Source: Myxococcota bacterium
GTDB lineage: Bacteria; Myxococcota_A; UBA9042; PHBI01; JAWLBL01
Length of the DNA stretch: 64,000 nt
Direction: 5' to 3'
Assembly: GCA_041687695.1 (NCBI GenBank)
Contig: JAWLBL010000015.1
Span: forward strand, 99,627-163,626
The first letter of the stretch is position 1. Each line of letters begins with the position of its first letter. A program made the translations under genes and the position numbers. Below the pieces are notes generated by a model that was not told where the DNA came from, searched no databases, and saw only the letters and a list, made by a program, of their open reading frames with translations. This document shows positions 48,185 through 58,754 of this stretch, one piece after another.

Positions 48185-49381
48185 TCAGCCGGGCGCGCCG
48201 TCGGGGCGGGGCGTGGTGAGGATGCGCCAGTAGACGCCGACGAAGAGGGCGAAGGCGGCGGCCCAGAGGGTGCCGGAGGCCATGAGGGCCTGCGGGTAGT
48301 GGGCGGGGGAGGCGAGGGGGATGACGACGCGGGCGAGGGCGGCGGCGGTGAGCAGGACGTAGCCGGCGACGGTGACTCGCGAGACGACGAGGGGGCGGCC
48401 GGTGTGGCCGAGGGAGACGCGGGACATCATGCCGAGGATGAGGGTGCCGAGGGCGCCGACGGTCAGGGCGTGCAGGGGGGCGGTGCCGCCGAGGGCGGGG
48501 ACCCAGGGGGACAGGCCGAGCATCAGGAGGCCGAGGCCGATCCAGAGGTAGCCGAGGTGGAGGACCCAGAGGATGGGGCGGGTCAGGGTGGCGGTCGGGT
48601 TCCAGCCGGCGAGGCGGGCCAGGTTGGCGACGGCGGCGGCCAGGGCGAGCGGGGCGGCGATGGCGTGCAGGCCGAAGAGGTGGACCGGGACGAGGGCGAG
48701 GGTCAGGCCGAAGGCGGACCAGTCGAGCCAGGGACGGCTGACGACGTTGGCCTCCTTGACGGCGTTGCGGGTGAAGAAGGGGATGACGCGGCCGCCGACC
48801 AGGACCAGGAAGACGACCAGGACGTCGACGCCGGCGGTCAGGGCGGCGCGGGGCAGGGCGCCGCCGCCGGCGTGGAAGGCCAGGTTGATGAGGCCCAGGA
48901 CCAGCAGCAGGAGCGGGATGCCGTAGTTGCGCTTATTGCGTGAGCGCCAGATGGGGCGGGCGATGGCCAGGGCGACGGCCGGCAGGAAGGCGACGTCGAT
49001 GGCGGCGACCAGGCCGGCCGGCCAGTCCCCGCCGATCAGCATCGCGACCCGGCCGGCGACGAAGAGCAGGACCAGCGCGGCGAGCGAGGCCCCCGAGGGC
49101 GTCGGCTGCTTGGTCCAGTTCTTCACGGCGGTCAGCAGGAACCCGGCGATGACGGCGACGGCGAAGCCGAAGATCATCTCGTGCGCGTGCCAGGCGGTCG
49201 GATCGACCGCGAGCGGCAGCGTGGTCCCGCTGAACAGGACGTGCAGCCACAGGGGCAGCCACACGGCGGCCAGCAGCCCGGCGAGCAGGAAGAAGGGCCG
49301 GAAGCCCAGGGCGAGCACCGGATGGGCGAAGATCCCTCTCGGCGCGTCCTCGGCGGGGGTCATGTAGCGTTCGATCCGCAT
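48185..49381 (-). CDS. nnrS: NnrS family protein (nitrosative stress)
   Basis: GFRPFFL, WHAHEMIFGF, GFLLTAVKNWT, GGRVIPFFT, LWVLHLGY, RVSLGHTGR. Confidence 0.93.
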   Translation of the reverse strand: MRIERYMTPAEDAPRGIFAHPVLALGFRPFFLLAGLLAAVWLPLWLHVLFSGTTLPLAVDPTAWHAHEMIFGFAVAVIAGFLLTAVKNWTKQPTPSGASLAALVLLFVAGRVAMLIGGDWPAGLVAAIDVAFLPAVALAIARPIWRSRNKRNYGIPLLLLVLGLINLAFHAGGGALPRAALTAGVDVLVVFLVLVGGRVIPFFTRNAVKEANVVSRPWLDWSAFGLTLALVPVHLFGLHAIAAPLALAAAVANLARLAGWNPTATLTRPILWVLHLGYLWIGLGLLMLGLSPWVPALGGTAPLHALTVGALGTLILGMMSRVSLGHTGRPLVVSRVTVAGYVLLTAAALARVVIPLASPAHYPQALMASGTLWAAAFALFVGVYWRILTTPRPDGAPG

Positions 49382-49443
49382 GCGTCCTCCCGACGCGCGA
49401 CCCCGTCCGCGAGGCCGCCTTCGGCCTGGATGATGGGAACGAC

Positions 49444-49458
49444 TTGCCGATTAGGCAA
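49444..49458. promoter_or_regulatory. Palindromic operator-like site TTGCC-N5-GGCAA upstream of nnrS (second copy 52392-52406)
   Basis: TTGCCGATTAGGCAA about 63 bp upstream of the nnrS ATG; cognate regulator unknown. Confidence 0.45.
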
Positions 49459-49543
49459 TGTCGGACTCGAAGGTCCGATAAAAAAGCCCCGACCGGGCGC
49501 CGTGCTCTCCAGACGGAGCCCGGAACCTTCATCGTGACGGCGT

Positions 49544-49986
49544 AAGTACTTCGACTCGCGCGCCAACCGCCCGACGAGGCCAAAACCACCATCACCCTCC
49601 CGGCCCAGGTCTCCCACCTCTCCCCCGCCGCCTTCGCCGACCTCCTCACCCGCCGCGTCGCCGTCGCCGAGGCCGATCTCCAGCGCCGGTTCGCCAACGA
49701 AGGCCGCCGCTTCCTCGGCCTCGACAAGGTCCTCCGCACCAAGCGCCACTCCCAGCCCACCTCCTGGGAGAAGCGTCGCGGCATCAACCCGACCCTCGCC
49801 TGCCGCGACCCCGAGGCCCGCTGCCTCCAGCTCGCCGCCGACAAGCCTTGGCAGGACGCCTACGCCGCAGCCCTCACCGACTGGCGCCAGGGCGACCGCG
49901 ACACCCTCTTCCCCGCCCACACCAGGAAGTTGGCCCGCCTGCACGGCGCCCGCACCGCGCCGCCCCTGAGCGCCCGCGCCGCCTGA
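49544..49986 (+). pseudogene. C-terminal remnant of a long Y1/RAYT-type transposase
   Basis: No start codon; KYFDSRANR, a 1-nt frameshift, then PDEAKTTITLP...GRRFLGLDKVL...RRGINPTLACRD...WQDAYAAALTDWRQGDRDTLFPAHT to TGA 49986; resembles the C-terminus of myxobacterial RAYT-like transposases (recognised by eye). Confidence 0.62.
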
Positions 49987-50255
49987 GCGCGGCCCCCCGG
50001 GGACCCAGCGCCGCCCACCCTATCCCCCTTCCAGGGCGTCCGTCCCCCGGTCGCACCGCACCCGTCCGCCCAGCGCCCCACTTTCAGCCCTCAGCCGCCG
50101 CCTTCGTACCCCGCAACCAGCCCGTTCACCGCTCCCCGCCCCCGATTTCCTCCCCGCCAGCCCCCAAGTCGGCCGGCCCCCAAGACCCGACCCTTGGTGC
50201 GGCATCTTGGCCCGTCACGAGCTGACGCAGAGAGACCAGGCCCACGCGCGCTCCC

Positions 50256-51539
50256 CTAATCAGCCGACTTGCAGCGCAGGACCTCGACCTCCGAGAGCGC
50301 GACGTCGTTCCAGCGGGCGCCGCGGGCGACCTCGAAGATCTCGAGGGTCAGACGTTTTGTGGGCTCCTCGACGGCGTAGACGGGGATCTCCGTGAAGCCG
50401 CGCTTGTCCGTCGGCAGGTCGACGAGGTGGCCGTTGGAGCCGAACAGTCCGATGTAGACCTTGCTCGCCCGGTTGTTCAGGGCGAACAGGTCGCCGAGGG
50501 CGTCCTTGCGCTGGAAACCGTTGGCGAGCCGGACCATGACGACATCGGTGGGCGTAGCGAGGTGGAGGGTCACCTTCGCGCCGGCGCCGCCCTGCTTCGA
50601 GGGGCTGGGCTGCCAGCTCGTGTCGAGCTTGCCATCGTGGAGGTGGGCGGCGTCGAAGCGGTAGCCGCCCGAGGGCCGGTGGGTGGAGCTGGCCTCGACG
50701 CGTTCGATGGGGACGCGGACCAGCTCGCCCGCGGGGCACTCGGGCTCCTCGGGGTTGTCGGTCATGCAGCGATCGTCGTCCGAGCTGTCGCACGCGCCAA
50801 AGCGCTTGCAGACCACCGACTCGCTGCAGTCCAGCACCCTGCATTGGGGGGCGAAGACACCGATCCCCTGGTCCGCGACGCAGGCGCCGTAGACTTTGCA
50901 GTTGGTGGACTGGCGGCAGTCCGCGTCCGACTCGACCTGGCAGGAGCCGTCGACGAGCTGACAGCGGCCGTGGGTTCGGCACTCGGGTGAGGCGCGACAG
51001 ACGGCCGCGCTGCGCACGACGCAGGCGCCGTCCCGCGCGACGCAGCGGTGTTCGAGGGTGCAGGCGCGGCTCTCTTTGCACATCGCGTCGGTCGTGACGC
51101 CACAACGGGCGCCCTCGCGGTGGACCTGGACCCTGTCGTCGACGGCAAGCTCCGGCGCCTCCTGCGGGACGAGCCCACAGGCGCCGACCGCCGCGCACCG
51201 CGCGCTGGCGGCGCAGGCCGCCTCCGAGCCGGCCACGCAGATCGGGCGGCCGTCGACCTCGCTCTTCGCCTCGACGCAGCGGCCGTAGACGGCGCAGGCC
51301 GGCGAGTCCTTGCAGCCCTTGGGCCCGACGACGCAGCCCGCGTCCTGCTCGAACGCGCAGCGCCCCTGGTTGGCGCACCACGAGCACCGCGCCGGCGCGC
51401 AATGCATCGGGTTCGGCCCGTCCTGGCACGTCGCGTCGTCCTGGGGTTCGACGAACCCGTCATCGGCGTGGGCGGCCCCGGGGCCCAGGAGGAGGCCGAG
51501 GCCCTGGATCAGCAAGCAAATGGTCAGTGCTCTCATCAT
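50256..51539 (-). CDS. Secreted Cys-rich repeat protein with a C-terminal discoidin/galactose-binding-like domain
   Basis: Signal peptide MMRALTICLL...AAHA; repeats CxxSxxCxxxGxC; VEASS...HLHDGKLDTSWQ...LANGFQ...NNR...WNDVALSEVEV. Confidence 0.75.
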   Translation of the reverse strand: MMRALTICLLIQGLGLLLGPGAAHADDGFVEPQDDATCQDGPNPMHCAPARCSWCANQGRCAFEQDAGCVVGPKGCKDSPACAVYGRCVEAKSEVDGRPICVAGSEAACAASARCAAVGACGLVPQEAPELAVDDRVQVHREGARCGVTTDAMCKESRACTLEHRCVARDGACVVRSAAVCRASPECRTHGRCQLVDGSCQVESDADCRQSTNCKVYGACVADQGIGVFAPQCRVLDCSESVVCKRFGACDSSDDDRCMTDNPEEPECPAGELVRVPIERVEASSTHRPSGGYRFDAAHLHDGKLDTSWQPSPSKQGGAGAKVTLHLATPTDVVMVRLANGFQRKDALGDLFALNNRASKVYIGLFGSNGHLVDLPTDKRGFTEIPVYAVEEPTKRLTLEIFEVARGARWNDVALSEVEVLRCKSAD

Positions 51540-51922
51540 GCTCACCACGCCCATGGACCGATAACCGACATAGTGCCCACTACCGGCCCCCGCGTCACCA
51601 GCGAACTGGCAGGCTCCGGGCGCACCGCTGCGTTCGACTCCTCGTGAGCCCTTCACTTCAACAGTGAGCCTGCACAGTGGGCTTGCGGGCGCTTGGTCCT
51701 CGGGCGCACCCTGAGCTGTCGTCAGGGGCAAAGGGGGCAGATACCTGATTGTGATCCCTGTGAAGCAACCCCAGCGGCGACAGCCGAGCGTCCATCGGAG
51801 AGGGGGCCTGGGCGAACCGGCGGTCGCGCGATGCGTCTCGGGTCATCTCAGCAGACCTCGAACGTCCTTTCGAGCATCGAGCGGCGAGCTGGACGTGCCC
51901 GGCGAGTTTCTTCCCAGGGATC

Positions 51923-52071
51923 GTAAGTTGGGACTTGACCCCTGGGATCCCGCCGGCCCCCTGGGATCCCGCCGTGTGAAGCGAGAGCGCGACTCGCTCG
52001 AGCAGACAACCGGAATTTCATCCCGGGCCTGCCACCCGAGTCGTTTGTAAGTTGGGACTTGACCCCTGGGA
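51923..52071. repeat. 25-bp direct repeat GTAAGTTGGGACTTGACCCCTGGGA (51923-51947, 52047-52071)
   Basis: Two exact copies 124 bp apart; the second ends 2 bp before the truncated nnrS copy. Confidence 0.9.
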
Positions 52072-52073
52072 CG

Positions 52074-52329
52074 CGGCGGTCAGCAGGAACCCGGCGATGA
52101 CGGCGACGGCGAAGCCGAAGATCATCTCGTGCGCGTGCCAGGCGGTCGGATCGACCGCGAGCGGCAGCGTGGTCCCGCTGAACAGGACGTGCAGCCACAG
52201 GGGCAGCCACACGGCGGCCAGCAGCCCGGCGAGCAGGAAGAAGGGCCGGAAGCCCAGGGCGAGCACCGGATGGGCGAAGATCCCTCTCGGCGCGTCCTCG
52301 GCGGGGGTCATGTAGCGTTCGATCCGCAT
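52074..52329 (-). pseudogene. nnrS: Truncated duplicate of the nnrS 5' end
   Basis: 52074-52413 matches 49126-49465 (offset 2948); the reading frame diverges after GFLLTA. Confidence 0.92.
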
Positions 52330-52517
52330 GCGTCCTCCCGACGCGCGACCCCGTCCGCGAGGCCGCCTTCGGCCTGGATGATGGGAACGACTTGCCGATT
52401 AGGCAATGTCGGATGTCTGGGTCCGAGTAAAGAGTGGCGGTTGGTGCATCGTCGGATCCCCTCTCGGCACGGATCCTGCTCACTCGCCGACGTCCCCCCA
52501 ACACGACAGGAGACGTC

Positions 52518-53057
52518 ATGCCCCAGAGCGCCCACGCACCCCTTCACGGCCTGGACGAGGCCGGGACCTTCATCGTGACGGCGTCGACGTACCACCACCA
52601 TCCCTACTTCGAGCCGCCAGATCTCCGAACGCTCTTGCGCGACGAGCTGCTGGGGACGGCTGACCTCTACGGCTGGTGTCTCGTGGCCTGGGCCGTGATG
52701 CCGGACCACTACCACTTCGTCGGGGCCTGCAAGGCGCGGCCGGTCAACCTCCCCGCGTTCATCGGCCGGCTGCACTCACTGACGGCGCGCGCGGTGAACG
52801 AGCGGGACGGCTGCCCCGAGCGTCGCGTTTGGAGCCAGTACTGGGACACGCGCATCACGAGTCAGCGCAGCTACCTCGCCCGCCTCGCCTACGTGAACCG
52901 CAACCCGGTCAAGCACGGTCTGGTCGAGGTCGCCAGCGAGTATCCGTGGTGCTCGGCCGCCTGGTTCCGCGACAACGCGCCGCCGTCGCTGTTCCGGGTC
53001 GTCTCGCAGTTCAAGGTCGACCGGGTCTCCGTTCGCGAGCCGGGGCCAACGAACTGA
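52518..53057 (+). CDS. REP-associated tyrosine transposase (RAYT, HUH Y1 nuclease)
   Basis: AGGAG RBS; GTFIVTAST, WAVMPDHYH (HUH), VWSQYWD, catalytic Tyr YVNRNPVKHGLV, YPWCS; followed directly by a palindrome array; no tnpB. Confidence 0.9.
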   Translation: MPQSAHAPLHGLDEAGTFIVTASTYHHHPYFEPPDLRTLLRDELLGTADLYGWCLVAWAVMPDHYHFVGACKARPVNLPAFIGRLHSLTARAVNERDGCPERRVWSQYWDTRITSQRSYLARLAYVNRNPVKHGLVEVASEYPWCSAAWFRDNAPPSLFRVVSQFKVDRVSVREPGPTN

Positions 53058-53081
53058 GTGCGAGCGCCGAGGCTCGTGCAA

Positions 53082-53871
53082 GGTCCATAGCGCCGGCGGC
53101 ACGAACGACCTTGCGACTACGCTCGGGACTGGGGTGCCGTTCCGCCGCCGCAGGCGGCTATGGACCGCGCAGGCCGTGCCTGCGCTATGCGATTGTCGCG
53201 CCTCCTCTACACCCGCGCGGTCCACAGCGCCGGCGTGGCCGGCGCGTTCCATAGCGCCTTCGGCGCGAACGTCCCTGCGACCATGCTCGGTGCTGGGGTG
53301 CCGTTCCGCCGCCGCAGGCGGCTATGGACCGCGCAGGCCGTGCCTGCGCTATGCGATTGTGGCGCCTCCTGTGTACTCGTGCGGTCCACAGCGCCGGCGT
53401 GGCCGGCGCGCTCCATAGCGCCTTCGGCGCGAACGAAGCGCCTTCGGCGCGAACGACCCTGCGACCATGGTCGATGCCGAGGTGCCGTTCCGCCGCCGCA
53501 GGCGGCTGTGGACCGCGCAGGCCGTGCCTGCGCTATGCGATTGTCGCGCCTCCTCTACACCCGCGCGGTCCACAGCGCCGGCGTGGCCAGCGCGAACGAC
53601 CCTGCGACTACGCTCGGGACTGGGGCGCCGTTCCGCCGCCGCAGGCGGCTATGGACCGCGCAGGCCTTGCCTGCGCTGTGCGATTGTCGCGCCTCCTCTG
53701 TACCCGCGCGGTCCACAGCGCCGGCGTGGCCGGCGCGCTCCATAGCGCCTTCGGCGCGAACGAAGCGCCTTCGGCGCGAACGGAGCGCCGGCGTGGCCGG
53801 CGCGCTCCATAGCGCCTGCGGCGCGAACGAAGCGCCTTCGGCGCGAACGGAGCGCCGGCGTGGCCGGCGCG
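53082..53871. repeat. REP/REPIN array downstream of the RAYT (4 composite units plus partial modules)
   Basis: GTTCCGCCGCCGCAGGCGGCT at 53139, 53303, 53487 and 53630; repeated hairpins GCGCAGGC-nnn-GCCTGCGC, GCGCCGGC-GTG-GCCGGCGC, GCGCC-TTC-GGCGC. Confidence 0.93.
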
Positions 53872-53900
53872 GTTGATGGCGCGAGGAGGCTTGGGGGGAG

Positions 53901-54965
53901 TCAGGCCAGGCGGGCGAGGACGGCGTCGCCGGCTTGGGTGGTGGAGGCCGTGCCGCCGAGGTCGCGGGTGCGGACGCCGGCGGAGACGGCGGCGGAGACG
54001 GCCTGCTCGATGGCGGCGGCCTCGGGTTCGAGGGAGAGGGAGTGGCGGAGCAGCATCGCCGCGCTGAGGATGGTGGCGTAGGGGTTGGCCACGTTCTGGC
54101 CGGCGATGTCGGGGGCCGAGCCGTGGATGGGCTCGTACAGGCCGCGGCGGCCCTGGCCGAGGGAGGCCGAGGGGAGCAGGCCCAGGGAGCCGGAGAGGAC
54201 CGAGGCCTCGTCGGTCAGGATGTCGCCGAACATGTTCTCGGTGACGACGACGTCGAAGGACGCGGGGTGGGTGACGAGGCGCATGGCGCAGGAGTCGACG
54301 AGCTGGTGCTCGAGGGTGACGTCCGGGTAGTCGGCGGCGACCTCGGTGGCGACCTGGCGCCACAGACGCGAGGACTCGAGCACGTTGGCCTTGTCGACGC
54401 TGGTGACGCGCTTGCGGCGACCGCGGGCGAGTTCGAAGGCCAGCTTCACGACCCGCCGGATCTCGGCGTCGGTGTACTCGAGCGTGTCGACCGCGCGCAC
54501 GCCGCCGTCGGCCGTGGGCTCGCGCAGCCGCGGCTGGCCGAAGTACAGGCCGCCGGTCAGCTCGCGCACGACCAGCAGATCGACGCCCTCGAGCCGCTCG
54601 GGCTTGAGCGGCGAGGCGTCGACCAGCGCCGGGTGCAGGGTGACCGGCCGCAGGTTGGCGTACAGGCCCAGCGCCTTTCGGATGGCCAGCAGGCCTTGCT
54701 CGGGGCGCACCTTGGCCGCCGGGTCGTCCCACTTCGGCCCGCCGACCGCGCCCAGCAGGATGGCGTCGGCCGCGCGGGCGGCCTCGAGCGCCTCGGGCGG
54801 CAGCGGCTGGCCGGTCGCGTCGATGGCGGCGCCGCCGATCAGGTGGTCCGAGAACTGGAAGTCGTGGCCGAACCGGGCCGCGATGCGCTCGAGCACGCGC
54901 CTCGCCTCGGCCGTCACCTCGGGCCCCAGGCCGTCGCCCGCCAGCACTACGATCGTCGCCTTCAC
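53901..54965 (-). CDS. leuB: 3-isopropylmalate dehydrogenase
   Basis: [60 protein letters not shown]. Confidence 0.97.
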   Translation of the reverse strand: MKATIVVLAGDGLGPEVTAEARRVLERIAARFGHDFQFSDHLIGGAAIDATGQPLPPEALEAARAADAILLGAVGGPKWDDPAAKVRPEQGLLAIRKALGLYANLRPVTLHPALVDASPLKPERLEGVDLLVVRELTGGLYFGQPRLREPTADGGVRAVDTLEYTDAEIRRVVKLAFELARGRRKRVTSVDKANVLESSRLWRQVATEVAADYPDVTLEHQLVDSCAMRLVTHPASFDVVVTENMFGDILTDEASVLSGSLGLLPSASLGQGRRGLYEPIHGSAPDIAGQNVANPYATILSAAMLLRHSLSLEPEAAAIEQAVSAAVSAGVRTRDLGGTASTTQAGDAVLARLA

Positions 54966-55555
54966 GCGGCCTCCTCGGCGTCACGGGCCGCCTCCCAGGC
55001 GGCGATGCGGTCCACGAAGCCCAGTAGATAGCCCAGCTCGTCCACGCCGCGCAGCAGACAATTGCGCGAGAACGCGTCGATGGGGAACGGCACCTCGCGC
55101 CCGTCGGGCAGCCGCAGTGTGCACGCCTCGAGATCGACCGTCACCTCGGCCGCCGGGTCCGCCGCCCGCGCCCGCAGCAGCTCGGCGTGCGCCCACGCGG
55201 GCACCGCCACCGGCACCAAGCCGTTCTTCAGCGCGTTGCCCCGGAAGATGTCGGCGAAGCTGGTCGACACCACCGCCCGGAAGCCCCCCGCCCGCAGCGC
55301 CCACGGCGCGTGCTCGCGCGACGACCCGCAGCCGAAGTTGTCGCCCGCCACCAGGATCTCGGCCCCCGCCGCCTCGGGCTGGTTCAGCGCGAAGCCCGGC
55401 TCCTGCCGCCAGTCGGCGAACAGCGCCTCGCCCAGCCCCTGCTTGTCCGTCACCTTCAGAAAGCGCGCCGGGATGATCTGGTCGGTGTCGATGTTCGGCA
55501 CCGGCAGCGCCACCATCCGCGCCGTCACCCGCGTCAGCCCCACCCGCTCAGACAT
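54962..55555 (-). CDS. leuD: 3-isopropylmalate dehydratase small subunit
   Basis: [37 protein letters not shown]. Confidence 0.97.
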   Translation of the reverse strand: MSERVGLTRVTARMVALPVPNIDTDQIIPARFLKVTDKQGLGEALFADWRQEPGFALNQPEAAGAEILVAGDNFGCGSSREHAPWALRAGGFRAVVSTSFADIFRGNALKNGLVPVAVPAWAHAELLRARAADPAAEVTVDLEACTLRLPDGREVPFPIDAFSRNCLLRGVDELGYLLGFVDRIAAWEAARDAEEAA

Positions 55556-56987
55556 CGCTCACCTCCAGCGCCCGCGCCGCCCTCACCAGCGTCCGCGGGT
55601 CCGTCACCCGCCCGGTCACCGCGCAGGCCGCCGCCGTCAGCGGCGACGCCAGCATCGTCCGCCCGCCGCGCCCCTGCCGCCCCTCGAAGTTGCGGTTCGA
55701 CGTGCTGACCGCGACCTGGCCCGCCTGGATCTGGTCGCCGTTCATCGCGATGCACATCGAGCACCCCGGCTCGCGCCACTCGGCGCCCGCCTCGCGGAAC
55801 ACCCGGTCGAGCCCCTCGGCCTCGGCGTCCCGCTTGACCGCCTGCGACCCCGGCACCACCAGCACCCGCACGCCCGGCGCCACCTTGCGCCCGCGCATCA
55901 CGCTCGCCGCCTCGCGGAGATCGCTCAGCCGCGAGTTGGTGCACGACCCGATGAACACCACGTCCACCGGCCGCCCCGCGATGGGCTGCCCGGCGTCGAG
56001 CCCCATGTACCCCAGCGCCTTGTCCAGCGTCGTCCGGTCGGCCGCGCAGGCCAGCGCGTCGGGATCCGGCACCCGCCCGCCGACCGGCGCCCCCATCGCC
56101 GGGTTGGTGCCCCAGGTGATCATCGGCTCGAGCGCGCTCGCGTCCAGCGTCACCGTCTTGGCGAAGGCCGCCCCCTCGTCGGTCGTCAGCCGCCGCCACC
56201 GCGCCACCGCCCGGTCCCAGGCCGCACCGCTCGGCGCGTGCTCGCGCCCGCGAAGGTACTCGAACGTCGTCTCGTCCGGCGCCACCATCCCGGCCTTTGC
56301 GCCGGCCTCGATGGACATGTTGCACAGCGTCATCCGCTGCTCCATGTCCATCGCCCGCACGGCCTCGCCACGGAACTCGAACACGTGCCCGGTCCCGCCG
56401 CCGGTCCCGATCTTCGCGATGAGCGCCAGGATGACGTCCTTGGCCCCCACCCCCGCCGGCAGCCGCCCCTCGATCCGCACCTCGTAGGGCGTCGGCCGCC
56501 GCTGCAAGAGGCACTGCGTCGCCAGGACGTGCTCGACCTCGCTGGTCCCGATGCCGAAGGCCAGCGCCCCGAACGCCCCGTGGGTCGACGTGTGGCTGTC
56601 GCCGCAGACGATGGTCATCCCCGGCTGCGTCAGCCCCAGCTCGGGCCCGATGACGTGCACGATCCCGTTGGTCGGCGCCCCCAGGCCGTGCAGCCGGATG
56701 CCGTGGGCCGCGCAGTTGTCGGCCAGCCGCCGCAGCTGCGCCGCGCCCTGCGCGTCGGCCGCCTCGAGCCCGCCCGGCACCGTCGGCGTCGAGTGGTCCA
56801 TGGTCGCCACGGTGCGGTCGGGCCGCCGCACCCTCAGCCCGCGCGCCTCGAGGCCCGAGAAGGCCTGCGGCGACGTCACCTCGTGGACCAGGTGCAGGTC
56901 GATGTACAGGACCGCCGGGCAGTCCGGCTCGTGGGCCACGACGTGCGCGTCCCAGACCTTGTCGAACAGGGTGCGGGGCTGGCTCAC
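55548..56987 (-). CDS. leuC: 3-isopropylmalate dehydratase large subunit
   Basis: [56 protein letters not shown]. Confidence 0.97.
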   Translation of the reverse strand: MSQPRTLFDKVWDAHVVAHEPDCPAVLYIDLHLVHEVTSPQAFSGLEARGLRVRRPDRTVATMDHSTPTVPGGLEAADAQGAAQLRRLADNCAAHGIRLHGLGAPTNGIVHVIGPELGLTQPGMTIVCGDSHTSTHGAFGALAFGIGTSEVEHVLATQCLLQRRPTPYEVRIEGRLPAGVGAKDVILALIAKIGTGGGTGHVFEFRGEAVRAMDMEQRMTLCNMSIEAGAKAGMVAPDETTFEYLRGREHAPSGAAWDRAVARWRRLTTDEGAAFAKTVTLDASALEPMITWGTNPAMGAPVGGRVPDPDALACAADRTTLDKALGYMGLDAGQPIAGRPVDVVFIGSCTNSRLSDLREAASVMRGRKVAPGVRVLVVPGSQAVKRDAEAEGLDRVFREAGAEWREPGCSMCIAMNGDQIQAGQVAVSTSNRNFEGRQGRGGRTMLASPLTAAACAVTGRVTDPRTLVRAARALEVSDV

Positions 56988-58663
56988 GCGCGCACCTCCT
57001 CCGCCGGGGCCTCGGCCGGGCGCGCCGCCTCGCCGCTGACCTCCAGCGTGACGCCGCGCGCGGTCAGCAGCCGGTTGACGGCCGCCAGGTAGGCCTTGGC
57101 GCTGGCCACGATGATGTCGGTGTCCGCCCCGTGCCCGTGGAACACGCGGGCCAGCGCGTCGCCGCTCTGCGGGTTGGTCTTGGCCCCGCTGGCCTTGCCG
57201 CGGATGCGGACCGAGACCTCGCCCAGCGCGTCGATGCCCTCGGTCACCGCGTGCACCGAGTACTCGAGCAGCTCGGCCTCGAGCCGCACGTGCTTGTTCA
57301 CCAGCTGGTCGATGGCCTTGAAGCTGGCGTCCACCGGCCCGGTGCCCACCGACGCCTCGACCGTGCTGGACCCGTCGGGCGCGCGCAGCCGCACCGTCGC
57401 CGTCGGCAGCCCGATGGTGCCGCAGCCGACCTGCAGCCCCGACAGGGCGAACAGCTCGGGCGCCTGGCGCAGCTCGCTCGACACCAGCGCCTCGAGGTCC
57501 GCGTCGGTCACCACCTTCTTGCGGTCGGCCAGCTCCTTGAAGCGGTCGAAGGCCCGCTGCAGGTCCTCGCCCTCGACCGGGTAGCCCAGCTCGGCCAGCC
57601 GCGCCGACAGCGCCGCCCGCCCCGAGTGCTTGCCCATGACCAGCCGCGTCTGCTGCGCGCCGACCGTCTCGGGCCGCATGATCTCGTAGGTCTCGGCGTT
57701 CTTGAGCATCCCGTCCTGGTGGATGCCCGACTCGTGCGCGAACGCGTTGGCGCCCACGATCGCCTTGTTGGGCTGCACGTGCATCCCGGTCGTCGTCGAG
57801 ACCAGCCGGCTCGCCCGCGTCAGCTGCGTCGCGTCGATCCCGGTCCGCAGCCCGAAGCGCCCCCGCCGCGTCGCCAGCGCCATCACGATCTCCTCCAGCG
57901 CGCAGTTGCCCGCCCGCTCGCCGATGCCGTTGATGGTCACCTCGGCCTGGCGCGCGCCGTTGGCCAGCCCGGCCAGCGTGTTCGCCGTCGCCAGCCCAAG
58001 ATCGTTGTGGCAGTGGACGCTGATGATGGCCCGGTCGATGCCCGGCACGTTGGCCTTGATGCCCGCGATGAGGGCCCCGAACTCGTCGGGCGTCGTGTAG
58101 CCGACCGTGTCCGGGATGTTCAGCGTCGTCGCGCCGGCCGCGATGACCGCCGCCAGCACCTCGTACAGGAACTCGGGCTCGGTGCGGCCCGCGTCCTCGG
58201 GGCTGAACTCGATGTCCTCGCAGCGCTCGCGCGCGTAGGCCACCATGGTCCGCGCCCGCTCGACGACCTGCTCGCGGCTCATGCGCAGCTTGTGCTCGCG
58301 GTGGATGGGCGAGGTCGCGAGGAAGGTGTGGATGCGCGGCAGCGCCGCCGGGCGCACCGCCTGCCAGGCCTTGTCGATGTCGCCGGGGGTCGCCCGCGCC
58401 AGCCCGCAGATGATGGGCGGCGTCTCGGTCGGGCGGCCGTCGACCGGGCCGGCCCCGATCTGCTGGGCGATGGTCCGGACCGCCAGCAGATCGTCGGGCG
58501 AGGCGGCCGGGAAGCCCGTCTCGATGACGTCCACGCCCAGGCGCGCCAGCGCCCGCGCCACCTCCAGCTTCTCGGCCGAGGTCATGGTCGCGCCGGGCGA
58601 CTGCTCGCCGTCGCGGAGCGTGGTGTCGAAGATCCGCACGTAGTCGGGAGAGAGCGTCGTCAT
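56984..58663 (-). CDS. leuA: 2-isopropylmalate synthase
   Basis: Start ATG 58663; [39 protein letters not shown]-terminal regulatory domain GTGPVDA. Confidence 0.97.
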   Translation of the reverse strand: MTTLSPDYVRIFDTTLRDGEQSPGATMTSAEKLEVARALARLGVDVIETGFPAASPDDLLAVRTIAQQIGAGPVDGRPTETPPIICGLARATPGDIDKAWQAVRPAALPRIHTFLATSPIHREHKLRMSREQVVERARTMVAYARERCEDIEFSPEDAGRTEPEFLYEVLAAVIAAGATTLNIPDTVGYTTPDEFGALIAGIKANVPGIDRAIISVHCHNDLGLATANTLAGLANGARQAEVTINGIGERAGNCALEEIVMALATRRGRFGLRTGIDATQLTRASRLVSTTTGMHVQPNKAIVGANAFAHESGIHQDGMLKNAETYEIMRPETVGAQQTRLVMGKHSGRAALSARLAELGYPVEGEDLQRAFDRFKELADRKKVVTDADLEALVSSELRQAPELFALSGLQVGCGTIGLPTATVRLRAPDGSSTVEASVGTGPVDASFKAIDQLVNKHVRLEAELLEYSVHAVTEGIDALGEVSVRIRGKASGAKTNPQSGDALARVFHGHGADTDIIVASAKAYLAAVNRLLTARGVTLEVSGEAARPAEAPAEEVRA

Positions 58664-58699
58664 GTGTCCATCCGTGAAAGCGGCCGCCCCCCGAAACGG

Positions 58700-58736
58700 C
58701 GACGGCCCCGCATCCTGCCTGGTTGCGGGGCCGTCG
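58700..58736 (-). terminator. Attenuator hairpin upstream of leuA
   Basis: Perfect 13-bp stem CGACGGCCCCGCA/TGCGGGGCCGTCG with 11-nt loop, followed on the minus strand by CCGTTTC (weak U-tract). Confidence 0.7.
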
Positions 58737-58754
58737 TCGGGTCCGAGAGGAGGC

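Noticed and set aside
49480..49498. Possible minus-strand terminator GCCC-N5-GGGC-TTTTTT upstream of nnrS
   Set aside because: Stem is only 4 bp and lies in rearranged DNA; too weak to call
49126..52413. Diversity-generating retroelement template/variable repeat pair
   Set aside because: Copies appear identical with no adenine-specific mismatches, include promoter DNA, and no reverse transcriptase is present in the window
52518..53057. IS200/IS605 insertion sequence
   Set aside because: No tnpB, and the motifs plus a multi-copy palindrome array fit a RAYT better than IS200 TnpA
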